Source: an uncultured Bacteroidota bacterium
Lineage (GTDB): Bacteria; Bacteroidota; Bacteroidia; Bacteroidales; CAIWKO01
Length of the DNA: 64,000 nucleotides
NCBI GenBank assembly: GCA_937934705.1
Contig: CALGYY010000098.1
Coordinates: 39,485-103,484, forward strand
Reading direction: 5' to 3'
Shown: in pieces, positions 25,807-36,094 of the stretch
Position numbering within the stretch: the first letter of the stretch is position 1
Layout of the letters: each line of letters opens with the position of its first letter
Notes under the pieces: model-generated
The model's database searches: none
Told to the model about the DNA's origin: nothing
What the model saw: the letters and a program-made list of their open reading frames with translations, nothing else
Translations under genes and position numbers: made by a program

Positions 25807-27006
25807 CTAGAGATTCAGAATAAAATATTCCAGCATTTTTTTCATATCAGGACTGATGGTGCCCTGAGCATGGTTGTGGAAGGTGGTGAAGTAAATCGTT
25901 CCCCCGTTTCCCTGGCAGGAACCGATATAATCGCCATGGGCCAGGTGGGCGGGCAGTGCATTCACCGAAATGGTGATGGTGTGTGCATTGGCCGGGTTTC
26001 CGGGCGGGATGTGGCAAATGGTCACCCAATCCTGCTCCATGATCTCTTCCATACTGCGGCTGGGGGCATCAAAATGCATGCGGACAGCGAGGGGTCCGTA
26101 ATAACCGGTATCCTCTATCATCACTTCCCACATGGGAATGTTGAGTTCCAGGATTTGTTCCCATCCACCCAGATCGTATTCAACATCGATTGAACTCAGG
26201 CCCATATATGCCTGAACATCTGCGGGGACAATCTGTGCATCATAAAGCGTGGTGACCGGGCCGATCTTGTCGGTACAAAGATCCGTACCACTGATAAAAC
26301 CGCCCAGTTCATCCGTACAGGTGGTCTTGGGGTGAGGATTGGCGATGTGCTGCTGGCCTTTATTGTATCCGTCACCGGTCAGGTATTCAACAGCAAAGTC
26401 TGAAGCGTAGATGCTTCCGCCGTTCTGAACGTAAGTCAGCAGGTTGGCATATTTGGCGGCATCCATGGATCCGTATTTACCGCAGTTGAGGAAGATGCCT
26501 GCATAATTATTCAGGGTGTTCATGTTGCTGAGATCTGCAACGGTGATCTCATCACAGGAATACCCCAGATCATTGATAATAATGCTCTGAATGTTGTCGA
26601 AAGCCCCGGCGATATAGGCCAGGTCGGCAGCCTGCTGCAGTTTCAGGTTCCCGTTCGGGAAAGTGTAGGTGCTGTTTTTCGGGACATCCACGGTATACAT
26701 GGAGCGGAAGATCTTTCCGCGACCCGATTCAACGTACATGGTGTGGGTACCGGAGGGAGCCCTGAGGCTGAAATCACCGTTGATATTGGTGAAGGTCATG
26801 TAAATTTCCCCGTTGACGTCAACAAAAACTGTGGCCATGGGGATGGGAGTGGTACCGTTCTGGGCAAACACTTTACCCTTCAGGGTGCCGGTGGTCAGCT
26901 CGGAAGCCGGAGGGGTGTCTGTACCATTGTCTTTCTTGCAGGAAACCATACCGAATATGGCGGCTGCAAGGGTCAGGGAAAGAAAATAATAGGCGACTTT
27001 TCGCAT
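25807..27006 (-). CDS. Lipoprotein with carboxypeptidase-regulatory-like domain and Cys/His-rich C-terminal motif
   Basis: ORF 25807-27096; the ATG at 27006 gives MRKVAYYFLSLTLAAAIFGMVSC. GTLKGKVFAQNGTTPIPMATVFV. C-terminal ICHIPPGNPANAHTITISVNALPAHLAHGDYIGSC. Confidence 0.65.
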   Translation of the reverse strand: MRKVAYYFLSLTLAAAIFGMVSCKKDNGTDTPPASELTTGTLKGKVFAQNGTTPIPMATVFVDVNGEIYMTFTNINGDFSLRAPSGTHTMYVESGRGKIFRSMYTVDVPKNSTYTFPNGNLKLQQAADLAYIAGAFDNIQSIIINDLGYSCDEITVADLSNMNTLNNYAGIFLNCGKYGSMDAAKYANLLTYVQNGGSIYASDFAVEYLTGDGYNKGQQHIANPHPKTTCTDELGGFISGTDLCTDKIGPVTTLYDAQIVPADVQAYMGLSSIDVEYDLGGWEQILELNIPMWEVMIEDTGYYGPLAVRMHFDAPSRSMEEIMEQDWVTICHIPPGNPANAHTITISVNALPAHLAHGDYIGSCQGNGGTIYFTTFHNHAQGTISPDMKKMLEYFILNL

Positions 27007-27190
27007 GTGATTGATATTTAGGTTTTTAAAGAAAAAATGAAGACATGTGTTTTTGAATAGCGCGGTAAATATAGGGGATAAAACAGGAAAATGCAAAAAA
27101 AACAGGCAAAAAAACGTTTACTGATGCATAAAGTCGCATTCAGGCATCAGGAGGTTGCCTGTGCCTGCTCTTTTTCCACGGGATGGGAAC

Positions 27191-28852
27191 TCAGGGCTGG
27201 GGAATTGCCAGTATTTTGCGGTAGGCCTCAGTGTCGGAAAGCACTTCCACGGCTTTCTTTACGGCAGGGTCGTCAGTAATCAGCCCGTCGATCCTTCCTT
27301 TCTGATAGTAATACCTGGGCAGGATGTAGGATTTGATCAGTCTGCAGATCTCCACTTTCGATTTGATCAGGTCTTCCTGCTTATCGTGCATGATCTTCGC
27401 TTTAAGCGCTTCATACTCGGGCTTGATGGCTTCGAAGTACTTTTCTTTTTCAGCATTCTTTTTCAGCTCTTCGAGAGAGGCTTCGCTTTGGGTGACATAG
27501 TCGATGTCGCGCGTTTTGATAAATCCAAGAAATTCTCCGAAAATGGCGTCGCTGACTGAAAAATCGCGGGGTGCGGGGATCGAGGGATTTTTCTGGGTAA
27601 AGTAGGTGGCAAAGTCGAAGAAGATATATTTCTCCAGCATGGAACGGCTGATATTGCTGTATTCTTCCGGAAGAACCACAATATCCGGGTCGATCCCCCC
27701 GCGGTCATATACCGTTCTGCCATTCCGTGTTTTGAAAGCAGTCAGCAGGGAGTCGGCGGAGACCGTGGCATGACCCTCGGCATCCTTGTTGGCGTAATCC
27801 AGCTCCTGAATACAGCGCCCGCTGGGAATATAGTATTTGGCTACAGTAACCTTAAGTTCGGCATTGTAGGTCAGCGGGACAATATTTTGCACCAGTCCCT
27901 TCCCGAATGTCTTTTGTCCGATGACTACCCCGCGGTCCAGATCCTGTATGGCCCCGGCCACAATTTCAGAAGCTGAAGCACTGCCTTCATCAACCAGTAT
28001 GGCCAGGCGGATGTCCTTATCAAACGCGCCATTCAGCGTTTTGTGCTGATGATTCTTATCCCTGAGTTTGCCACGGGTAGTCACCACCACTTCTCCTTTA
28101 TCGATGAAAAGATTGACAATGTTGACGGCTTCATTCAGCAAGCCGCCTCCGTTGCCGCGCAGGTCGAGGATAAGGCCTTTGAGGTTACCCTGGTCGCGCA
28201 GCGACTGAAATGCGTCTTTGACATCCCGGGCTGAATTTTGAAGGAATTCACTTAAATTAATATAACCAATATCATTATTGATCATTCCTGAATACGGAAC
28301 ATTGTCCAGCTTGATCTCTTTACGCGTGATGGTTTTTTCAATGGGTGCGCGGGTGGAATCCCTTTCAATCAGGACCACCACATCGGTTCCTGCTTGTCCG
28401 CGCAATGCCGTGCTAACCTCCTCAACCGTCTTGTCTTTGGCCGTTTTCCCGTTAATCTCGAGGATCTTGTCGCCCGCTTTGAGTCCGGCTTCGTCCGCAG
28501 GCCGGCCTTCATAGGGCTCTGAAATATAAACCCAGTGGCCGCGCTTCATGATGCCGGAACCAATGCCCCCGTATTCCCCGGTGGTCATCATGCGGTAATC
28601 CTCAATCTGTGATTCGGGAATGTATACCGTATACGGGTCGAGTTCTTCCAGCATCCCTTCAATGGCCGTCTGCATCAGCTTGCCTGAATTGAGTTCATCC
28701 ACATAATTCAGATGAAGCTGTTTGTAAAGAGTGATGAAGATGTCAATATTCTTTGAGATCTCAAAATCACTTTGTCCCGATTGTCCTGCTGCCGCAAAGG
28801 AGAGGCCGGCGGACAGAAAGGTGAGCAGGAAGAATTTTCTGATAGATTTCAT
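27191..28852 (-). CDS. S41 family C-terminal processing peptidase (Tsp/Ctp-like)
   Basis: PDZ region, LILDLRGNGGGLLNEAV, VDEGSASASEIVAGAIQDLDRGVVIGQKTFGKGLVQ. The ATG at 28852 avoids overlap with yidD. Confidence 0.9.
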   Translation of the reverse strand: MKSIRKFFLLTFLSAGLSFAAAGQSGQSDFEISKNIDIFITLYKQLHLNYVDELNSGKLMQTAIEGMLEELDPYTVYIPESQIEDYRMMTTGEYGGIGSGIMKRGHWVYISEPYEGRPADEAGLKAGDKILEINGKTAKDKTVEEVSTALRGQAGTDVVVLIERDSTRAPIEKTITRKEIKLDNVPYSGMINNDIGYINLSEFLQNSARDVKDAFQSLRDQGNLKGLILDLRGNGGGLLNEAVNIVNLFIDKGEVVVTTRGKLRDKNHQHKTLNGAFDKDIRLAILVDEGSASASEIVAGAIQDLDRGVVIGQKTFGKGLVQNIVPLTYNAELKVTVAKYYIPSGRCIQELDYANKDAEGHATVSADSLLTAFKTRNGRTVYDRGGIDPDIVVLPEEYSNISRSMLEKYIFFDFATYFTQKNPSIPAPRDFSVSDAIFGEFLGFIKTRDIDYVTQSEASLEELKKNAEKEKYFEAIKPEYEALKAKIMHDKQEDLIKSKVEICRLIKSYILPRYYYQKGRIDGLITDDPAVKKAVEVLSDTEAYRKILAIPQP

Positions 28853-28865
28853 GTTTGATCGCATA

Positions 28866-29087
28866 TTAGGGAACAGGGTCATAGCCACTCCCGCCCCAGG
28901 GATTACAGGATAAAAAGCGTCTTAAGGTGAGCCATCCGCCTTTGAGGGGACCATGTTTACGCAGGGCTTCTATACCATAAGCGGAGCATGTAGGCGTATA
29001 CCTGCAGGAGGGTCCGAGCAGGGGTGACAGCACCACCTGGTAAACACGGATCATGAAGACCATAATGTTAACCAGTAAGCTTTTCAT
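28866..29087 (-). CDS. yidD: Membrane protein insertion efficiency factor YidD
   Basis: [34 protein letters not shown]...R...C.P....GYDPVP. Confidence 0.9.
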   Translation of the reverse strand: MKSLLVNIMVFMIRVYQVVLSPLLGPSCRYTPTCSAYGIEALRKHGPLKGGWLTLRRFLSCNPWGGSGYDPVP

Positions 29088-29457
29088 ATTCGGCTTCTAA
29101 ACGTCGTAAAAGTAATATTATTTTGGCTTCAGTTCCGGCGGCCGTCGGTTTTTCATCAGCGGTGAAAATCAGGGCCAGGGAGCATTTCATTCCGCATGAT
29201 TCCAGGAATGCCACCAGCGGGTTTTTGTTTTTCCTGATGGCTTCCCGCATAAGCCTGCGGATATAATTTCTTTGTGCAGCATGGCGGAATTTCTTTTTAC
29301 TCACGCTCACCATGGTCTGCAGGCCGTTGCCGGAGGCAGACCCGAGCGGAAGCCAAAAAGCCACAAACCCGCCTTCACGCATTTTGTGGCCTTCGCTGAA
29401 AAGCAGGTCTATCAGCTTTTTATCACGAAGCCGGTCCGCCTTTTTAAATGTATACAT
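29068..29457 (-). CDS. rnpA: Ribonuclease P protein component
   Basis: 129 aa, basic, [17 protein letters not shown]..; the classic rnpA-yidD arrangement. Confidence 0.8.
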   Translation of the reverse strand: MYTFKKADRLRDKKLIDLLFSEGHKMREGGFVAFWLPLGSASGNGLQTMVSVSKKKFRHAAQRNYIRRLMREAIRKNKNPLVAFLESCGMKCSLALIFTADEKPTAAGTEAKIILLLRRLEAEYEKLTG

Positions 29458-29481
29458 GAAACTGACAGGGAGTATCCCGTC

Positions 29482-30255
29482 TTATTTTTTGTTATTCCTG
29501 GCCAGAAACTGGTCAATGGCCATGGTCATGGAAGGAGCCGTTTCAGTGGGTGCCTGAACGGCAATGTCAAGTCCCTTTTCTTTTGCTGTGGCCAGGGTGG
29601 TCTGCCCGAAAACAGCAATCAGCTGATCGCCCTGTTCGTATTTTACACAGTTGTCGAAAAGGGCTTCCACACCGAAGGGACTGAAAAAAACCAGCATGTG
29701 ATAATCCCCGAGATTCAGATCTGACACATCAGAAGATACCGTCCTGTAGATCACCGCCTTGGTGAATGTCACCTTAGCGGTCGACATCATCTGCATCATC
29801 TCATGTTTCACATTCTCAACGCAGGGGAAAAGATATTTTTCAGTACTGTGCTTTTTGACCAGGGTCATCAGATCTGCAGCATTTTCATTGCCGTGGAAAA
29901 TCTTGCGTTTCCGGAACTGTACATACTTTTGAAGGTAGTATGCTGTACTTTCACTGATACAGAAATATTTTGTTGTATCAGGCATTTTGATACGCATCTC
30001 GCCACACAGCCTGAAGAAATTATCCACTGCATTCTTACAGGTGAAGATAATGGCCGTGTAATCCGGGATGTTGATTTTCTGTTTCCGGAATTCCGAGGCA
30101 GTCAGTCCCTCAATGCGGATCATCTTACGAAAGGTCAGATCCAGGCTGTATTTTTTGGCCAGACTGAAATAGGGCGATTTTTCGTAATCGGCCGGTTGTG
30201 GCTGCGATATGAGAATCTTCTTGACTTTCAAGGATCTTGGATTTTTATCGACCAA
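29482..30255 (-). CDS. hemD: Uroporphyrinogen-III synthase family protein (Bacteroidota HemD-like)
   Basis: KKILISQPQP..SPYF..IRIEGLTASEFRKQKI..YTAIIFTCKNAVDNFFRL..YFCISESTAYYLQKYVQFRKRKI..PSMTMA matches the conserved Bacteroidota HEM4-domain protein next to DUF4271. Confidence 0.75.
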   Translation of the reverse strand: MVDKNPRSLKVKKILISQPQPADYEKSPYFSLAKKYSLDLTFRKMIRIEGLTASEFRKQKINIPDYTAIIFTCKNAVDNFFRLCGEMRIKMPDTTKYFCISESTAYYLQKYVQFRKRKIFHGNENAADLMTLVKKHSTEKYLFPCVENVKHEMMQMMSTAKVTFTKAVIYRTVSSDVSDLNLGDYHMLVFFSPFGVEALFDNCVKYEQGDQLIAVFGQTTLATAKEKGLDIAVQAPTETAPSMTMAIDQFLARNNKK

Positions 30256-30287
30256 TATGCTTTTTAATCTTATTCGCTGCCTGCTTG

Positions 30288-31211
30288 CTAGGGGCTCAAT
30301 CCCGGCAAGGTTTCATTGGCAATTTTGCCCAGTACGATCAATGGTAAAATTTCGACGGTGCAAAGATACAAAAATAAATAGAGCCACGAAAATTTTATCA
30401 CCCCCAGACCGATGATCAGGCTCCTGATCAGGATATAGAAAAGCACCAGTAAGAACAAAGCGGCAGCGGCCCACAATGCATAATGAGCAATGTATGGGGG
30501 ACTGTAAACCATGAGAATACACAAGGGGATCAGGCCTATTGACCAGGCTGCCTGGATCACGAACACATTGGTCAGGTAGGTACGGCTTTGTTCGGGGGTC
30601 ACAAACACCCAGCCGATGATCCTGACCATGATGATGCGCAATGCATAAACGCCGGCCACAACGGCAAACAGGATGAGATACAGGAGCATTTCCCCCGTGA
30701 ACGAAAGTCCGGGCGGTGCATACAAGCTGATCCACCGGTAGAAAAACAGGGCGAAAATCAGGAAACTCAAAAAAGTCAGAGGAGGGGTGACCCTCTCGGT
30801 GAGGATGTTCCCTTCTTTCATCAGGAGGCTGAGTCCACGGGGACTGACAAAGGCCCTGAAAAGCTGGTTCAGCCGGCGGGGAAATGAGATCTTGACGAAG
30901 GACAGAAGGAGCATACACAATATCAGTATCCCCGGGATCCAGCCAGGATGACCCGGCTTGAGAGGAGCCTCATCCTGGCCCGCCTGTTTCAGGCTGTGGG
31001 GATGAAATACAGACACAACCATCTGGCTGTCAGCGATCTTTTTCTGTACAACGTATGCCGAATCGGGGATACTGCTTCCACGCTGAGACAATACCAGGGT
31101 GGACGAAGGCAAAGCATACAGTTCATCCTGCACCTCCACGAAAGTTTTAAAAAAGGATGAACTTTCCTGAAGTCCGGTGAGCGGATTAACAGATATGCTG
31201 TCGTTTACCAC
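30288..31211 (-). CDS. DUF4271-like polytopic membrane protein
   Basis: 307 aa, multiple TM helices in the C-terminal two thirds; conserved position downstream of the hemD-like gene in Bacteroidota. Confidence 0.6.
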   Translation of the reverse strand: MVNDSISVNPLTGLQESSSFFKTFVEVQDELYALPSSTLVLSQRGSSIPDSAYVVQKKIADSQMVVSVFHPHSLKQAGQDEAPLKPGHPGWIPGILILCMLLLSFVKISFPRRLNQLFRAFVSPRGLSLLMKEGNILTERVTPPLTFLSFLIFALFFYRWISLYAPPGLSFTGEMLLYLILFAVVAGVYALRIIMVRIIGWVFVTPEQSRTYLTNVFVIQAAWSIGLIPLCILMVYSPPYIAHYALWAAAALFLLVLFYILIRSLIIGLGVIKFSWLYLFLYLCTVEILPLIVLGKIANETLPGLSP

Positions 31212-31253
31212 GGCCTGACTTTTTGCAAAATTACGAAAAAGCCCAAAGGCACA

Positions 31254-32372
31254 TTAAACGGTTTTACGATAGCGCCATATCGATAGCGACATCATGATTA
31301 AAGCCAGCGCCATCAGAGAGAAGAATGGGATCTGAATATCGGTGAAACCCGAGCCTTTGAGCAGTATCATCCTGATCACGGTCATGAAGTAACTGATGGG
31401 ATTGATGTAGTTGAAGTATTGAGCCCAAACAGGCATGCTGTCTACAGGAGTGAAAAGTCCGCTCATCATGATGAAAATGATATTGAAGAAGAACATCACA
31501 AACATAGCCTGTTGCTGGGTCCTGGCTGTATTGGAGATCAACAGGCCGGCTCCTTGCACAGCCAGCAGGTAAATCCCGGCAACACCGAACAGGAGCCAGA
31601 GACTGCCCTGCATCGGAATGTCAAACAACAGTTTGCCCACCACCAGTCCGAATCCCAGCTCAAACAGGGCAATGATCCAGAACGGCAGCAGTTTTCCGAT
31701 GATGAACTGATGCTTTTTAATCGGGGTTACATTGATCTGTTCAAGGGTCCCCATTTCTTTTTCCCTGACGATATTCAGTGCTGACAGCATCATCCCGATC
31801 ATGGTCACCAGGATAACAAGTATTCCGGGCACCATGAACACCTGGTAATTCAGTTCAGGATTGAACCAGAAGGCCGGGATGGCTTGTATGAGCGGAGCTC
31901 TTGCTCCATGAATGCTGCCTCCCGCAGCCTGCTGATACGTGCGGTACCATCCGGTGATGATTTGCTGCGTATACGCACTTCCGATGCTTGCCTTGGACCC
32001 GTTGATCGCGTTCACCAATAATTGCACACCCGCTTTGCGTTCTTTCTCAAGATCCTTCTCAAAACCCTTCGGGATGACAATGACGATATCGGCACTGCCG
32101 TCTTTCAGACAGGATTCTGCCTCCGCAGGATCGAAAGTATTTCCCATCACATTAAAAAAAGGTGAACCCCTGAATGCGGCCTGTATCCCCCTGGAGGCCG
32201 GCGACAGATCCTGGTCAGAAAAACAGAGGTTGATATTTTTCATTTCCAGCGTGGCAGCATAGGCCAGGATGAGCATCTGCACCACAGGCATCAGGAATAT
32301 CATGGGCAGAAAGGTCCGGTTGCGGCGGATCTGCAGGAATTCCTTGCGTATCAGATGGGCGATGATCCTCAT
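31254..32372 (-). CDS. ABC-2 type transporter permease (YbhR/YbhS-like)
   Basis: 372 aa; N-terminal TM, large periplasmic loop, then 5 TM; ABC-2 pattern. Confidence 0.8.
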   Translation of the reverse strand: MRIIAHLIRKEFLQIRRNRTFLPMIFLMPVVQMLILAYAATLEMKNINLCFSDQDLSPASRGIQAAFRGSPFFNVMGNTFDPAEAESCLKDGSADIVIVIPKGFEKDLEKERKAGVQLLVNAINGSKASIGSAYTQQIITGWYRTYQQAAGGSIHGARAPLIQAIPAFWFNPELNYQVFMVPGILVILVTMIGMMLSALNIVREKEMGTLEQINVTPIKKHQFIIGKLLPFWIIALFELGFGLVVGKLLFDIPMQGSLWLLFGVAGIYLLAVQGAGLLISNTARTQQQAMFVMFFFNIIFIMMSGLFTPVDSMPVWAQYFNYINPISYFMTVIRMILLKGSGFTDIQIPFFSLMALALIMMSLSIWRYRKTV

Positions 32373-33517
32373 GGCTCTTTCCTCTTAAACGGGCCCTTCC
32401 GCCCTGTTTTCACATCAATTCTTACTTTGAATTTCCGCGCACTCAGCCCAAGAAAGAACAGGGTCATCCCCGCCAGGATAAGGGTTTCCTTCCATACGTA
32501 TTCCAGACCGGTACCTTTAAGCATTACATTTTTAACAATGATAATAAAGTATTTCGGGGGCATGATCACACTCAACCATTGCAGAAACTGTGGCATGTTT
32601 TCGATCGGGTAGATGAATCCCGACAAAAGGATGGTCGGCAGGAGTAAGGCCAGCATCGAGATCATCATAGCCGTTTGCTGGCTGCTGGTGGCGGTGGAGA
32701 TCAGTATCCCCAGCGACAGTGCTGTCATGATAAAGAGCATACACTCAGCGATCAACAGCAGCAGGCTTCCTGCCACCGGTAAGCCGAACACAAAATAGCC
32801 CAGTGCAATTATGCTGACTGCATTGATGAGCGACAAAACCACATAGGGAGTGACTTTTCCCAGGATGATCTGCACCGGCTTCAGAGGCGATACCAGCAAG
32901 ACCTCCATGGTACCCTGCTCTTTTTCCCTGACGATGGAAATGGATGTCAGCAGTGCCGAAATCAGCATCAGGATCATCGCCATGGTACCCGGAACAAACA
33001 TATAGACCCCTTCCAGGTTTTCGTTGTACATCATGCGCGGACTAATGGTCAGTTGAGAGGAAGGGGAGGCAGGAGCTGCGCTTTTTCTGCTGTAATCCTG
33101 TATGATTCCTGCCGCATAACTGTAAATGATACTGGCAGTATTGGCCTCTGAGGCATCCGTGATGACATGAACAGAGGCCTTGCCTTCACGCTCCATGTTG
33201 CTTGCAAAATCCCGGTCGAAAACCAGGACCATTTTCACCTTCCCTTCACGCAGGCAGCCGGCGATCTCCTCGTCAGAGCTGAGAACGGTTTCCAATCTGA
33301 AATATGATGAGGCCGTTATGCGGTCCACAATGTCACGGGTGTTCTGGTCATGCGAATGATCCAGCACGGCAAAGCGAACCTCCCGGATCTCGTTGGTGAT
33401 CACATATCCAAAGAGCATCATCTGGGCCACCGGCATTCCGAAAAGGATCAACAGCGTTCGCTTGTCCCTGAAAATGTGCAGAAACTCTTTAATGATAAAG
33501 CCACCGAACCTTTTCAT
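32369..33517 (-). CDS. ABC-2 type transporter permease (YbhS/YbhR-like)
   Basis: 382-aa paralogue of the neighbour; 4-nt overlap. Confidence 0.8.
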   Translation of the reverse strand: MKRFGGFIIKEFLHIFRDKRTLLILFGMPVAQMMLFGYVITNEIREVRFAVLDHSHDQNTRDIVDRITASSYFRLETVLSSDEEIAGCLREGKVKMVLVFDRDFASNMEREGKASVHVITDASEANTASIIYSYAAGIIQDYSRKSAAPASPSSQLTISPRMMYNENLEGVYMFVPGTMAMILMLISALLTSISIVREKEQGTMEVLLVSPLKPVQIILGKVTPYVVLSLINAVSIIALGYFVFGLPVAGSLLLLIAECMLFIMTALSLGILISTATSSQQTAMMISMLALLLPTILLSGFIYPIENMPQFLQWLSVIMPPKYFIIIVKNVMLKGTGLEYVWKETLILAGMTLFFLGLSARKFKVRIDVKTGRKGPFKRKEP

Positions 33518-33520
33518 GCG

Positions 33521-34267
33521 CTATTCTGTTACAGCCTGCCTGCCGCGGGCCAGGATAATGAATACTTCGTTGATACTGCTGACCCCGTAAGAGGCTTTCA
33601 GATCAGCAGGTGTGCCAATAGCGGCTATTTGGCCGTCGACCATGATGCTGATCCGGTCGCAATACTCCGCCTCATCCATGTAATGTGTGGTGACAAAAAT
33701 GGTGATTCCCCGGTGTGCGGCCTCGTAGATCATATTCCAGAACTGCCGCCGCGTCAGCGGATCCACCCCCCCCGTGGGTTCATCCAGAAAAACGATAGGC
33801 GGATCATGAACAATGGCCACACTAAAGGCCAGCTTCTGCCTCCATCCCAAAGGAAGCGATTTTATAAGGCTATTCTGCATGTGTTCCATCTCCAGGCGTG
33901 ACAGGAGCTGTGCGCTTTTTTCCCTGATCTTCTGCCGGCTTAAGCCATAAATACCTCCGTACAGCCTGATATTTTCCAGTACGGTCAGATCCTCATACAG
34001 GGAAAAACGCTGACTCATGTAACCGATATTGCGCTTGATGTGATCGGTTTGGGTATACACATCAAAACCCGCCACCTTCACATCCCCGGAGGTCGGCTTT
34101 GAGAGACCGCAGAGGATCCTCATGGCCGTGGTTTTACCCGCACCGTTGGCACCCAAAAAGCCGAAGATCTCACCCCTGCCGACTTCAAAACAAAGATCGT
34201 CGTTGGCCGTAAAATGGCCGAAACGCTTGTACAGATGGGATACACTGATGACCGCTTCCTCTTTCAT
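33521..34267 (-). CDS. ABC transporter ATP-binding protein
   Basis: Walker A GANGAGKTT, signature LPLGWRQKL, Walker B IVFLDEPT. The ATG at 34267 overlaps the upstream stop. Confidence 0.9.
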   Translation of the reverse strand: MKEEAVISVSHLYKRFGHFTANDDLCFEVGRGEIFGFLGANGAGKTTAMRILCGLSKPTSGDVKVAGFDVYTQTDHIKRNIGYMSQRFSLYEDLTVLENIRLYGGIYGLSRQKIREKSAQLLSRLEMEHMQNSLIKSLPLGWRQKLAFSVAIVHDPPIVFLDEPTGGVDPLTRRQFWNMIYEAAHRGITIFVTTHYMDEAEYCDRISIMVDGQIAAIGTPADLKASYGVSSINEVFIILARGRQAVTE

Positions 34268-35193
34268 ATTGCATGGCTTGGTGCACCCATCAGATGCATG
34301 AAACAATCTTCAATGCCGGCCTGCAGCACCCTGACTTCAGGATCAGGATGTCCTTTCTCCTTCAGAAAGCTGAGCAATGCCTGAGGTTCCCCGTGACCGG
34401 GTTGTGCGATTACATGAATGAACTCTCCGAAGGGTTGCACGCTTTCGGCATACGGCCATTGCCGGAGGTCGTTCAGCAACAGCCAGGGCGCATTACTTCG
34501 GACCCCCAGAAGAGGAAGGCTGAATGATGCGGTGACTTCATGCGGGGCTGCCGTCACAAGTATCCGCCCCTCCTGTATCAGGGCAATGTTGTCGCATTGT
34601 GCGGCTTCATCCATGTAGGGTGTTGATACCAGTATGCTCATCCCGCCCTGTTTCAGTTTAAGCAGCATTTCCCAGAACTCTTTGCGCGAAACCGCGTCCA
34701 CACCGGTGGTCGGCTCGTCGAGAATCAGAAGATCCGGTTTGTGGATCAGGGCACAGCAAAGCGCCAGCTTCTGCTTCATGCCTCCAGACAAGGCTCCGGC
34801 CCTGCGTTTGCTGAAGGGCTCGATCTGTATATAAATATCACGGATCAGATGATAGTTCTCTGCAGGCGTGGTCCCGAAGATTGTTGCATAAAACTCAAGG
34901 TTCTCCCTTACCGTGAGGTCAGGGTACAGAGAAAACCGACCGGGCATATATCCGATCCGTTTGCGGAGCTTGCGGTAGTTCTTCACAACATCCGTCCCCA
35001 GAACCTCTGCCTGGCCACTGCCGGGAAGCATCAGCGTCGAAAGTATCCGGAACAAGGTGGTCTTTCCGGCCCCGTCAGGACCGATCATCCCGAAGATCTC
35101 GCCCCTGCTGACCTCAAAACTCACCTCGTGTAATGCCCTGACCTTGTCGAAGGTCTTGCTGAGTGATTGTACGATAACGGCCCGGTCTTCCAT
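34264..35193 (-). CDS. ABC transporter ATP-binding protein
   Basis: Walker A GPDGAGKTT, LSGGMKQKL, LLILDEPT. Confidence 0.9.
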   Translation of the reverse strand: MEDRAVIVQSLSKTFDKVRALHEVSFEVSRGEIFGMIGPDGAGKTTLFRILSTLMLPGSGQAEVLGTDVVKNYRKLRKRIGYMPGRFSLYPDLTVRENLEFYATIFGTTPAENYHLIRDIYIQIEPFSKRRAGALSGGMKQKLALCCALIHKPDLLILDEPTTGVDAVSRKEFWEMLLKLKQGGMSILVSTPYMDEAAQCDNIALIQEGRILVTAAPHEVTASFSLPLLGVRSNAPWLLLNDLRQWPYAESVQPFGEFIHVIAQPGHGEPQALLSFLKEKGHPDPEVRVLQAGIEDCFMHLMGAPSHAI

Positions 35194-35202
35194 GGATATG
35201 AA

Positions 35203-36087
35203 CTACTGTTTCCTGAAACGGATCTCACCCGGCATGCCGATCTTGAGACGCCCGTCGTTCTTAACTTTGACCTTGATCGCGTATACCAGGTTCACACGTT
35301 CTTCACGGGTTTGAATGACCTTGGGCGTGAATTCTGCTTCTGATGACACCCAGGTCACCTCTCCTTCCAGGGTTTCAAGAACCCCGTCCGTTCCGTCAAC
35401 CAGAACATCCACCCTGTCGTTCAGCTTCACCTGTGTCAGTTGTGATCCGCTGATGTATGCCCTGAGGTAGAGTGACGAAAGATCGGCAAGCTTGTATAGT
35501 GACCGTCCCGCAGCGGTCACTTCGCCCGCTTCAGCGTACTTCACCAGTACAATTCCTTTGATGGGGTTCACGATCCGGCACCGGCTCAGATTTTCCCCCA
35601 TCAGGGCCAGCTGGGCATTGATACTTCCCAGCTCCCCGCCGACCGAACCGTTCTGTGTCTGAACCGACAGGATCTGTTTCTGGAGGACATCTATCGACCC
35701 GTTGATATCATCCACCTGCTTGCGCGTTGCAGCACCGTCGCGATAAAGGGCCTCTATCCTGTTTTTTTCCGTTTCAAGATTCTTCAGTTGCTGCTGCTGC
35801 ACAGCGATCTGGGAAGCCACATTCGGGTAACGCGAGGCAATTGCACTCCTCTGGGCGCTCAGCTGTTCAATCTTCAGGGTCCAGTCAATGGTGTCGATCA
35901 GCCCTGCCTGAATTCCGGAATCCAGCGACTGTCCTTCCTCAATGTCCAGCTGAAGAATTTTTCCGGGGACTTCAGCAGATACCGTTATTTCCCTGGCCTC
36001 AAAGGTTCCGAATGCATCCGGAGCATCTGCTCCGCCGGAGCAACCGGCCAGAATAAGAAGAAATAATATCAGAATGTAATATTTCAT
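35203..36087 (-). CDS. HlyD-family membrane fusion protein (YbhG-like)
   Basis: Lipobox LILAGCSG, coiled-coil middle, beta-barrel C-terminus; operon context. Confidence 0.8.
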   Translation of the reverse strand: MKYYILILFLLILAGCSGGADAPDAFGTFEAREITVSAEVPGKILQLDIEEGQSLDSGIQAGLIDTIDWTLKIEQLSAQRSAIASRYPNVASQIAVQQQQLKNLETEKNRIEALYRDGAATRKQVDDINGSIDVLQKQILSVQTQNGSVGGELGSINAQLALMGENLSRCRIVNPIKGIVLVKYAEAGEVTAAGRSLYKLADLSSLYLRAYISGSQLTQVKLNDRVDVLVDGTDGVLETLEGEVTWVSSEAEFTPKVIQTREERVNLVYAIKVKVKNDGRLKIGMPGEIRFRKQ

Positions 36088-36094
36088 AATATAA

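Noticed and set aside
33521-35193. Split ybhF-like ATPase (two separate ATPase genes instead of one fused gene) as a pseudogenisation event
   Set aside because: Both ORFs are complete, with intact Walker A, signature and Walker B motifs and an overlapping stop/start. This looks like a normal two-gene arrangement.
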